A DNA stretch of 18,109 bases from a bacterium (GCA_046757525.1 JBHHYI010000088.1:1-18109), one strand, 5' to 3'. Positions 8,863-16,449 are shown, counted from the stretch's first letter. A program made the numbers and translations. The notes: generated by a model not told the origin, from the sequence alone.

Positions 8863-9307
8863 CAAAGAAAAGGTTGACAAGAGAGAACTCAACCCCGTGA
8901 GGGGTGGCATTTTTAGAGTTGCCATCATCCTCCGCATCCTCAAACTCCGTCAGGAGCCTTTCAGCGGTTCGAAAGCGCAAGCAGGGCTTGCACACGCCAA
9001 AGCCGACACTTCCCCCGGGAGCAAGAACCGTTTCAACCAATTGAGTGGTCCCGGCTCCGGTCACCGGCCCAGCCTTTGACGGGTCTGTCCCATTAGTCCG
9101 GCACCTGACACAGATGCCTTCCCATCTTTGTATTAACCAACAAACCGCCGCCCTGGAGTGCCGAAGCCCTGCTTCAGCCTTTCGACGCTCTCCTGGGGTA
9201 AGAGCCGTGCCAATCGATTGAGTTCGGCCCACGGCCTGGCCCTTAAAAGATTAGTCCGGCCCCCGACGGATGCCTTTCTTCCCTTCTTTGTTTTCTGCCG
9301 TTTTGGA
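8863..9307 (-). ncRNA. Candidate structured RNA leader or ncRNA with two tandem diverged motif copies (unassigned family)
   Basis: Promoter directly upstream; repeated blocks ACAAAGA.GGGAA..GGCAUC, GCCGGACUAAU, ACUCAAU and ACGG(C/U)UCUU in the same order; helices use G-U pairs on the minus strand; terminator-like hairpin plus U-tract at the 3' end. Confidence 0.6.
8864..8894 (-). terminator. Terminator-like hairpin within the leader
   Basis: Minus strand GGUUGA-11 nt-UCAACC followed by UUUUCUUU; short stem, large loop. Confidence 0.4.
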
Positions 9308-9313
9308 TCAAAC

Positions 9314-9342
9314 AATGTGCCAAATAATCCTCTATTTGTCAA
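9314..9342 (-). promoter_or_regulatory. Sigma70 promoter driving the structured leader and LUD gene
   Basis: Consensus TTGACA (9342-9337), 17 bp ending TGG, CACATT (9319-9314); predicted start near 9307. Confidence 0.6.
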
Positions 9343-9407
9343 GCAATAAATTGTTCCGAAAAAGCTGCCAGCTCTGCAAGTTTCTTAAACCCCCGATGAG
9401 ATTCTTC

Positions 9408-9436
9408 TTGAACGCGGCTGGATAAGTGTTTATCTT
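9408..9436 (+). promoter_or_regulatory. Putative upstream sigma70 promoter (plus strand)
   Basis: TTGAAC (9408-9413), 17 bp, TATCTT (9431-9436). Confidence 0.4.
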
Positions 9437-9545
9437 ATTTCCTCAACCAGCCGTGGGGTGTTGAAAATGAATACGTGCATCCTTGTGGCTGTATTTTTTC
9501 CATAAGAAGATACCTACACGATTCGATTCAGAACTAAAAATTTCC

Positions 9546-9574
9546 TTGATTTCGACAAAAATAATCGATACCAT
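9546..9574 (+). promoter_or_regulatory. Putative sigma70 promoter of the molybdenum hydroxylase operon with overlapping direct repeats
   Basis: TTGATT (9546-9551), 17 bp, TACCAT (9569-9574); ATTTCGAC(A/T)AAAA at 9549 and 9575. Confidence 0.5.
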
Positions 9575-9608
9575 ATTTCGACTAAAACCAGAAATAGAGA
9601 CGAATAAC

Positions 9609-10094
9609 ATGAGCGAGCAAATCAACGTTAATGTCACCGTTAATGGCAAAGAGTTCGAGCGTGCGGTAGAACCGCGTCTGCTGTTGAGCGATTTCTTGCG
9701 CCATGAGCTGGAGCTTACCGGCACGCACGTGGGGTGTGAGCACGGGGTTTGCGGGGCCTGTACCATTTTGTTGAATGGCGAAGCTGTGCGTTCCTGCTTG
9801 TTGTTTGCGGCCCAGGTCCACGGCCAGGAGATCCTCACCGTGGAAGGACTGGCGCAGAATTTCGCTGAAGCCGGCTTGCATCCCCTGCAAGCCGCTTTTC
9901 ACGAAGCCCACGGACTGCAGTGCGGCTTTTGTACGCCAGGCCTGCTTATGACCCTGGTGCCTTATCTTGAAGAGAATCCCGAGCCCAGTGAGCAGGACAT
10001 CCGGGAAGCACTGTCGGGCAATCTCTGTCGCTGCACCGGTTACCAGAACATTGTGGCAGCCATCAAGCTCGCAGCAAAGGCCATGCGCCGCTGA
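9609..10094 (+). CDS. Molybdenum hydroxylase small 2x[2Fe-2S] subunit (CoxS/XdhC-like)
   Basis: GTHVGCEHGVCGACT, RSC, LQCGFCTPG and GNLCRCTGY motifs; ATG at 9609 (the extension to 9483 is AT-rich promoter DNA). Confidence 0.95.
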   Translation: MSEQINVNVTVNGKEFERAVEPRLLLSDFLRHELELTGTHVGCEHGVCGACTILLNGEAVRSCLLFAAQVHGQEILTVEGLAQNFAEAGLHPLQAAFHEAHGLQCGFCTPGLLMTLVPYLEENPEPSEQDIREALSGNLCRCTGYQNIVAAIKLAAKAMRR

Positions 10095-10218
10095 GTCGCA
10101 GAGACGAGAAAATTCGTAAATATCCAATAAATCCTGTCTAAGATAAGAATTGCAAAGAAATGAAAATGAGATAATACGTCATCGTATTTAGGAAATGATG
10201 TATTAAGGAGTGAGGAAA

Positions 10219-12582
10219 TTGGCGACTCGATACTTTGGGGAACGCATTAAACGCAACGAAGACCCGCGATTGCTCACGGGCAATGCGCTGTTTGTGGACG
10301 ATGTACATTTGCCGGACTTGTTGCATGCAGCGTTTTTGCGCAGCGATTATGCCCACGGCCGCATCAAGAGCATCGATGTGACGGCCGCGCGTAACTGTCC
10401 CGGTGTGGTGGCCATTTTTACGGCGGAAGACCTGGGTGCTTACTACCGGCCCGGACCATTGCTGGTGCCGCCTCCTCCTATCGAAAACCTTACCTTTAAC
10501 CAGCGCACTCAGGTTCCTTTGGCCAAAGACAAGGTGCGCCACGTGGGCGAGCCTCTGGCCGTGGTGGTCGCGGAAAGCCGCTACCAGGCCGAGGACGCCT
10601 TAGAGAGCATCGTGGTCGATGTGGAACCGTTGCAAGCCGTGGTCGATTTGGAGACGGCACTGGAGCCGGGGGCACCACTGGTGCACGAAGACTTGGATGC
10701 CAATCTGGCTGCGCACGTCGTTCAGGGTAAGGGCGATTACCAGGCCATCCGCGCCCGGGCCGATCTCCTGGTCAAACGTCGCTTTTATTACGACCGCGGG
10801 GCGTCGGCGGCCATCGAGAACCGTGGCATCGTGGCCCATTGGGACGAAAAAAGTCAGCAGCTTACGGTCTGGGACACCACCCAGGCGCCCATTCCCATTC
10901 GCAACGGTCTGGCGCCCATGTTGGGCCTGTCCGAGTCGCAGGTGCAGGTCATCGCGCCGTTCATTGGCGGTGGCTTCGGCCCCAAGATCATGATGTTCTA
11001 CCCGGAAGAAATGGTCATTCCCTGGGTGGCGTTGCAAGTGCGGCGTCCGGTCAAGTGGATCGAGGACCGCAGGGAGAACTTTTTTGCCACCACGCACGAG
11101 CGCGGACAGGTGCACGACGCCGAATTGGCCCTCAGCCGGGACGGCCGCATCCTGGGCGTGCACGATGTGTTCCTGCACGACACCGGCGCTTACGATCCTT
11201 ACGGCCTGACGGTGCCAATCAACAGCCAATGCACCCTGCTGGGACCGTACCACGTGCCGAATTACTACTCTGAATTCAAAGCCGTTTTCACCAACAAAAC
11301 CACGGTGACCCCGTACCGCGGCGCCGGTCGTCAGCACGGCGTGTTCGTCATGGAGCGGCTGCTCGATTTTGCCGCCAGGGAGCTGAACCTGGATCGCGTC
11401 GAGATTCGCAGAATGAATTACTTGTCTCCCGACGCCTTCCCGCACAACCATGAAATCATCTACCAGGATTTTGCGCCCCTGGTCTACGATAGCGGCAACT
11501 ACGAGCCTGCACTGGCCAAAGCCATTGACATGATCGGTTACGACAACTTTGTCAAAATAGAGCAGCCGCGTCTCAGGAAAGAGGGACGCCACGTGGGCAT
11601 CGGCGTGGTTTCGTACGTGGAGGGCACGGGCATCGGGCCTTACGAAGGGGCCAGAGTCACCGTGGAGGCCAGCGGCAAGGTGAGCGTGGCCACCGGCGTT
11701 GGCACGCAGGGGCAGGGTCACTTTACTGTATTTGCGCAGCTCGTCGCCGACCAGTTGGGCGTGGATGTGCGCGACGTGCGCGTGGTCACTGGGGACACGC
11801 GTGCGTTTCACTGGGGCACCGGCACCTTTGCCAGTCGCGGCGCGGTGGTCGCTGGCAATGCCATCCACGCAGCGGCGCAATCCGTGCGCAAGAAGACTCT
11901 GAAGCTCGCCAGCGAAGTGCTGGAAGCGGCCGAAGATGATCTGGAATTGAAGGGTGGTAAGGTCTTTGTGAAAGGGGTACCGCAGAAATTTATTAAACTT
12001 GGCGAGCTGGCGCAGCTCGCCAACCCACTCAGAGGCGCGGTCAAACCGGGCACCGAGCCGGGTCTGGAGGCCACCGACTACTTCGGCCCGGAGCGGGGTA
12101 GCACAGCCAACGGGGTGCACGCTATGATCGTCGAAGTCAATCTCGACACCATGATGGTGCAGATTAAGCAATATGTGGTGGTGCACGATTGCGGCAAAGT
12201 GATCAATCCGATGATCCTGGAGGGGCAGATTCAGGGCGGCGTGGCCCAGGGCATCGGCAACGCCTTTTACGAACAGTTGGTGTACGACGACAGCGGGCAA
12301 TTGCTGAACGCTTCGTTTATGGACTACCTGCTGCCCACGGCAACCGACGTGCCAGAGATTCAATCCGCCCACGTAGAAACCCTGTCCCCTTTGAATCCGT
12401 TAGGCGTGAAAGGGGCTGGCGAAGCCGGAGCGATTCCCGTGGGTCCCCTTTTCGCCCAGGCCGTGGAAGATGCCCTGTCTGACTTGGGTCTGGAAATCTG
12501 TGAAATTCCGCTGAGTCCCAATCGGCTGTTTGAGCTGGTGCAGGAAGCGCGGGAGAAAAAGGGGTTGAGTAAACCCGAGTGA
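10219..12582 (+). CDS. Molybdenum hydroxylase large molybdopterin-binding subunit (form II CoxL-like, xanthine dehydrogenase family)
   Basis: EDPRLLTG, GGGFGPK, PYRGAGR active-site loop, QGQGH, GTFASR, GQIQGG and KGAGE; TTG start at 10219 behind AAGGAG/GAGG (GTG at 10210 possible). Confidence 0.95.
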   Translation: MATRYFGERIKRNEDPRLLTGNALFVDDVHLPDLLHAAFLRSDYAHGRIKSIDVTAARNCPGVVAIFTAEDLGAYYRPGPLLVPPPPIENLTFNQRTQVPLAKDKVRHVGEPLAVVVAESRYQAEDALESIVVDVEPLQAVVDLETALEPGAPLVHEDLDANLAAHVVQGKGDYQAIRARADLLVKRRFYYDRGASAAIENRGIVAHWDEKSQQLTVWDTTQAPIPIRNGLAPMLGLSESQVQVIAPFIGGGFGPKIMMFYPEEMVIPWVALQVRRPVKWIEDRRENFFATTHERGQVHDAELALSRDGRILGVHDVFLHDTGAYDPYGLTVPINSQCTLLGPYHVPNYYSEFKAVFTNKTTVTPYRGAGRQHGVFVMERLLDFAARELNLDRVEIRRMNYLSPDAFPHNHEIIYQDFAPLVYDSGNYEPALAKAIDMIGYDNFVKIEQPRLRKEGRHVGIGVVSYVEGTGIGPYEGARVTVEASGKVSVATGVGTQGQGHFTVFAQLVADQLGVDVRDVRVVTGDTRAFHWGTGTFASRGAVVAGNAIHAAAQSVRKKTLKLASEVLEAAEDDLELKGGKVFVKGVPQKFIKLGELAQLANPLRGAVKPGTEPGLEATDYFGPERGSTANGVHAMIVEVNLDTMMVQIKQYVVVHDCGKVINPMILEGQIQGGVAQGIGNAFYEQLVYDDSGQLLNASFMDYLLPTATDVPEIQSAHVETLSPLNPLGVKGAGEAGAIPVGPLFAQAVEDALSDLGLEICEIPLSPNRLFELVQEAREKKGLSKPE

Positions 12583-12602
12583 CTGCGTGCTGGAGGGAAA
12601 TC

Positions 12603-12818
12603 ATGACAAAAAGAAATCACACAAAGTTGGTTCATGAAGGACAATATGTTGCGGAAGTTGATGTTGAGTTGATCGATGCAGAAGAAGGATGGGCGCCCTA
12701 TTTGTCTCTTGAGGATGCGCAGAAATTAGATGATGTCAGGCAGGCGCTGCGGCGGGGAGACCTCAAGTCTGCCGCAAGACTGGCACGAGTTTTTAGCCTA
12801 ACGCCTGTAGAAAATTGA
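12603..12818 (+). CDS. Small hypothetical protein resembling the antitoxin-like partners of DUF4258-type TA modules
   Basis: GGAGG SD; 71 aa with KLVHEGQYVAEVDVEL...W.PYLSLEDAQKLDDVR.AL.RGD; family link is from recall, not a search. Confidence 0.7.
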   Translation: MTKRNHTKLVHEGQYVAEVDVELIDAEEGWAPYLSLEDAQKLDDVRQALRRGDLKSAARLARVFSLTPVEN

Positions 12819-12844
12819 TAGAATCACACAGCTCGGAGAAGGTC

Positions 12845-13081
12845 ATGATGTGCGTTATCTGCAAACAAGGAGTCACGTTAGCCGGTGAGGTGACCGTCAC
12901 CTTGCAGAGAGAGGACACGACGGTGATTCTCAAAAAGGTCCCCGCCGATGTTTGCGACAATTGTGGTGAGTACTACCTCTCTGAAGAAGTCACCGGTAAA
13001 CTGCTGAATCAGGCCGAGTCAGCCGTCAAGAATGGCGCCGAAGTTGAGATTTTACGGTTCGCGTCAAGTCTGCTTAACTGA
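12845..13081 (+). CDS. YgiT-type zinc-finger protein (MqsA N-terminal-like)
   Basis: MCVICKQG...VPADVCDNCGEYY with two CxxC pairs; SD GGAGAAGG; no HTH domain. Confidence 0.85.
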   Translation: MMCVICKQGVTLAGEVTVTLQREDTTVILKKVPADVCDNCGEYYLSEEVTGKLLNQAESAVKNGAEVEILRFASSLLN

Positions 13082-13122
13082 ATGACGCGGCCAATGCGGA
13101 TTTTACCGAGGAGAGTTCGTCC

Positions 13123-13992
13123 ATGAAACCTGCGCCGTTTAAGTATTTCGCTCCAACGACTGCTGAGGAAGTTTTGGACCATCTCGATGCGTACGGCGAC
13201 GAGGCTAAATTGCTGGCGGGGGGGCAGAGTCTGGTGCCGACCATGAACTTCCGCCTGGCGCAGCCGCAGGTAATCGTCGATTTAAACCGGGTTTCCGAGC
13301 TGTTTTATATCCGAGCACAAAAGAACGGTGGGGTCCACATAGGTTGCATGACGCGGCAACGCGAGGTTGAGCGCAGCGCACTCGTTGCGGAACGGGTGCC
13401 TCTGGTGGCGGAGACCATGCCGCACATCGCCCACGCGCAGATACGCAACCGGGGGACCTTTGGCGGCAGCCTGGCCCACGCCGACCCGGCCGCCGAGCTT
13501 CCGGCCGTGGCCGTGGCCCTCGACGCCCAATTCCTGCTGCGCAGCAAGAAGCGCGAACGCTGGCTTCCGGCGGGCGAATTCTATCGCGATTTGTTCACCA
13601 CCGCCCTGGAACCCGACGAGCTGCTGGTGGAAATCAAGCTGCCGGCCTTGCCGCCTCGCACTGGCTGGGCTTTTCGCGAGGTGGCGCGCCGCCACGGGGA
13701 TTTCGCCCTGGTGGGCGTGGCTGCCGTCGTCACTGTGGATGAAAAGCAAAAATGCCAACAAGCGCGCATTGTTTTGTTGAGCGTAGGCAATGGTCCGGTA
13801 AAAGCTCACACAGCGGCTCAATCGCTCACAGGGCAGAAACCCACAAAGCGGGCCATCGGGGACGCAGCGGCAACGGCTGCCGTCGCGGATATCGACCCAC
13901 CAGGCGATATTCACGCTTCTGCGGCTTTCCGGCGCCATCTGGCCAAAGTGCTAACCGAGCAAGCCTTAACGGAGGCCTTTGCGCGTGTCTAA
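13123..13992 (+). CDS. Molybdenum hydroxylase FAD-binding medium subunit (CoxM/XdhB-like)
   Basis: MKPAPFKY, LLAGGQSL, QIRNRGTFGGSLAHADPAAE, RRHGDFA and DIHASAAFR; GAGGAG SD. Confidence 0.95.
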   Translation: MKPAPFKYFAPTTAEEVLDHLDAYGDEAKLLAGGQSLVPTMNFRLAQPQVIVDLNRVSELFYIRAQKNGGVHIGCMTRQREVERSALVAERVPLVAETMPHIAHAQIRNRGTFGGSLAHADPAAELPAVAVALDAQFLLRSKKRERWLPAGEFYRDLFTTALEPDELLVEIKLPALPPRTGWAFREVARRHGDFALVGVAAVVTVDEKQKCQQARIVLLSVGNGPVKAHTAAQSLTGQKPTKRAIGDAAATAAVADIDPPGDIHASAAFRRHLAKVLTEQALTEAFARV

Positions 13993-14055
13993 AGGCACTG
14001 CGCAAGCCGTTGAGTTGTTGAAACGCGACGTGGCAATCGATCGCAGGTGCTTGAG

Positions 14056-14199
14056 ATGAATCCCATTGCAAACATTCCCATCGGTGCCCGGGCGGCCAAA
14101 TCGGTCGAGGTGACCCGTGAGCTAACCGTGGCTCAGTTCCACGAACACATGCCGATGGAGTCAAAGCGGGAGGGAAAAAATCAACCAGAACGGAAATAA
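14056..14199 (+). pseudogene. Truncated N-terminal fragment of an FlK-like (fluoroacetyl-CoA) hot-dog thioesterase
   Basis: MNPIANIPIGARAAKSVEVTRELTVAQFHEHMPM resembles the FlK-family N-terminus, then turns into unrelated ESKREGKNQPERK and stops where the V(Y/F)xTP motif would be expected. Confidence 0.5.
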
Positions 14200-14226
14200 C
14201 ATGGGGTCAACGGTAACCAGGTATCG

Positions 14227-16419
14227 ATGACACAGACGCAAGACATTCGTACCCATTTCCGCACCTGCAATCTGTGTGAAGCGATGTGTGGCCTTGCCAT
14301 CCAATTGCGGGGCGACCGCATTCTTGCCATCGAAGGGGACAAAGACGACCCGTTCAGTCAGGGGCACGTCTGTCCCAAGGCCGTGGCGCTGCAGGATATT
14401 TACCAGGATCCCGACCGAGTCAAGCAGCCGGTGCGGCGGACGGGCACTGGCTGGCAAACGGTGAGCTGGGAAGACGCCTTTGACGAAGTCGCGCAGAAGT
14501 TGACCCAGATTCAGAAGAAATACGGCAACAACGCGGTGGGCGTCTACCAGGGCAACCCGACGGTGCACAATTCGGGCACCTTGTTATTTGCCCCACTCTT
14601 TTTCAGAACCTTGCGCACACGCAATCGCTTTTCCGCGACTTCGGTCGATCAACTGCCGCACCATTTTGCGTCTTATTTTATGTTTGGCCACCAGCTTTTG
14701 CTGCCGGTGCCGGATATCGACCGCACCGAGTTCTTTCTCGTCCTTGGCGCCAATCCGCTGGCTTCAAACGGCAGTCTGATGACCGCACCCGGCTTCGCAA
14801 ACCGTCTGCGGCAGCTCCGCAATCGTGGCGGCAGACTCGTCGTCGTGGACCCCCGGCGCAGCGAGACCGCCGCTAAGGCGGACGAACATCACTTCATTCG
14901 CCCGGGCAGCGACGTGCTTTTGCTGCTGGCGCTTCTGCACACGCTGTTTGCAGAGAATCTTACCCAACCTGACCGGCTGGAGGATTTCACCGATGGACTG
15001 GCAAGTATTGAAAAGATCGTCGCCGCCTTCCCGCCGGAAAAAGCCGAAGGCATCACTGGCATCGACGCGGCCACCATCCGCCGATTGGCGCGCGATTTCA
15101 GCGCTGCTAAATCCGCGGTGTGCTACGGCAGGGTCGGCGTTTCCACGCAGGCCTTCGGCGTGGTGTGCCAGTGGCTGGTCAACGTGTTGAACCTTGTGAC
15201 CGGCAATCTAGACCGGCCGGGAGGTGCCATGTTTACTGCGCCGGCTATCGACATCGTGCAGCAGGCTGCAAAGCAGGGGCAGACCGGACACTACGCCCGA
15301 TGGTGCAGTCGCGTGCGAGGGGTGCCGGAGTTTGGCGGAGAGCTGCCGGTAGCGGTTCTGGCCGAAGAAATCCTTACCGAAGGCGAGGGCCAGATTAGAG
15401 CGTTGATCACCTCAGCCGGCAATCCGGTTTTGTCCACCCCCAATGGTGCGCAATTGGAGCAGGCGCTGGCCCAACTCGAGTTTATGGTAGCTATCGATAT
15501 CTACGTCAACGAAACCACCCGGCATGCGGACATCATCCTGCCGCCAACCTGTGGACTGGAGACCGACCATTATGACCTGGCCTTTCATCTTCTGGCCGTG
15601 CGCAACACCGCCAAATATTCCAGCACCCTCTTCGAACCGGCCGATGGCGCCAGGCACGATTGGCAAATTTTCCACGAATTACGCCGGCGAATGCAAGCTA
15701 ACGGTGGTGCAAACACAGTCGCTGCACGGGTAAAGCGGAAACTGCTGGACAGAATGACCCCTGAGCGATTGCTGGACATCGGTCTGCGGTTTGGTGCTTA
15801 TGGCATTTGGGGCGGCCGATTTTTGTCGCGCGACGGCCTGAGCCTTAAGAAGCTGAAAAAGCAGAGACACGGCGTCGACCTTGGTTCGCTCAGACCGTGT
15901 CTGCCCCGCAGACTGTTCACTCCAAACCAACGCATTCAATTGGCGCCAGAGGTGCTGGTACACGACATCGAACGGGTCAAGGCTACTTTTTTTGCGCCGG
16001 CGGAGTCGCACAATTCGGAGTTTGATTTGTCTCTGATCGGCAGGCGCCAGCTCCGCAGCAACAACTCCTGGATGCACAACAGCGAGCGGCTGGTGAAAGG
16101 CAAAGCCCGTTGCACGCTGCTCATGCATCCGCAAGATGCCGCCGCACGAAATATTCAAAACGAACAGATAGTCCAGGTCGAATCCCGCGTTGGCAAACTC
16201 GACGTCGAAGTGGAAATTACTGACGAGGTGATGCCAGGGGTGGTCAGTATTCCACATGGGTGGGGGCACCACCGGCCGGGCTTGCGCCTGCAAACCGCCT
16301 GCAAACATGCCGGGGTCAGCATCAATGATCTCACCGACGAGCGCCTGGTGGACACCCTGTCCGGCAATGCCGCGTTTAGCGGCGTGCCGGTAAGAGTCAG
16401 GCCAAAACGAATCGTCTAA
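14227..16419 (+). CDS. MopB/DMSO-reductase-superfamily molybdopterin oxidoreductase, cytoplasmic, N-terminal [4Fe-4S]
   Basis: TCNLCEAMCG...HVCPK cluster motif, GANPLASNGS, VVDPRRSETA, ADIILP, RQLRSNNSWMHN and PGVVSIPHGWG; no Tat signal. Confidence 0.92.
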   Translation: MTQTQDIRTHFRTCNLCEAMCGLAIQLRGDRILAIEGDKDDPFSQGHVCPKAVALQDIYQDPDRVKQPVRRTGTGWQTVSWEDAFDEVAQKLTQIQKKYGNNAVGVYQGNPTVHNSGTLLFAPLFFRTLRTRNRFSATSVDQLPHHFASYFMFGHQLLLPVPDIDRTEFFLVLGANPLASNGSLMTAPGFANRLRQLRNRGGRLVVVDPRRSETAAKADEHHFIRPGSDVLLLLALLHTLFAENLTQPDRLEDFTDGLASIEKIVAAFPPEKAEGITGIDAATIRRLARDFSAAKSAVCYGRVGVSTQAFGVVCQWLVNVLNLVTGNLDRPGGAMFTAPAIDIVQQAAKQGQTGHYARWCSRVRGVPEFGGELPVAVLAEEILTEGEGQIRALITSAGNPVLSTPNGAQLEQALAQLEFMVAIDIYVNETTRHADIILPPTCGLETDHYDLAFHLLAVRNTAKYSSTLFEPADGARHDWQIFHELRRRMQANGGANTVAARVKRKLLDRMTPERLLDIGLRFGAYGIWGGRFLSRDGLSLKKLKKQRHGVDLGSLRPCLPRRLFTPNQRIQLAPEVLVHDIERVKATFFAPAESHNSEFDLSLIGRRQLRSNNSWMHNSERLVKGKARCTLLMHPQDAAARNIQNEQIVQVESRVGKLDVEVEITDEVMPGVVSIPHGWGHHRPGLRLQTACKHAGVSINDLTDERLVDTLSGNAAFSGVPVRVRPKRIV

Positions 16420-16449
16420 AAGCCAACTTTCTTCATGAAGGTTAGCTTT
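16419..16449 (+). terminator. Hairpin immediately after the oxidoreductase stop codon (possible terminator)
   Basis: AAAGCCAACTTTC-TTCAT-GAAGGTTAGCTTT, 12 of 13 positions paired; short U-tail. Confidence 0.4.

Noticed and set aside
8960..8980. tRNA T-loop-like GGTTCGAA
   Set aside because: The flanks do not form a T-stem and there is no cloverleaf
9023..9057. Group II intron domain V look-alike GAGCCG...ACGGUUC
   Set aside because: No GNRA loop or AY bulge geometry, no evident domain VI, no interrupted gene and no reverse transcriptase
9152..9197. Glycine-riboswitch-like words GGAGAG...CUGAAG...CUCCAGG on the minus strand
   Set aside because: Lacks the conserved CCGAAG and CU(C/U)UCAGG core, and the second copy has no equivalent
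8822..9349. ORFs 8822-9232(-), 8849-9079(+), 9133-9342(-) and 9158-9349(+) in the divergent gap
   Set aside because: No recognisable domains or clear SDs, mutual overlap, and one starts at the -35 box; the repeats are better explained as RNA structure. A leader peptide is not strictly excluded.
9483..9608. N-terminal extension of the small subunit given by the ORF track
   Set aside because: AT-rich sequence that contains the promoter; family similarity starts at ATG 9609
10600..12372. Long antisense ORF of 590 aa, and similar shadows opposite leuS, the LUD gene, the MopB gene and the lectin
   Set aside because: Shadow frames of GC-rich genes with strong family motifs on the other strand; no motifs of their own
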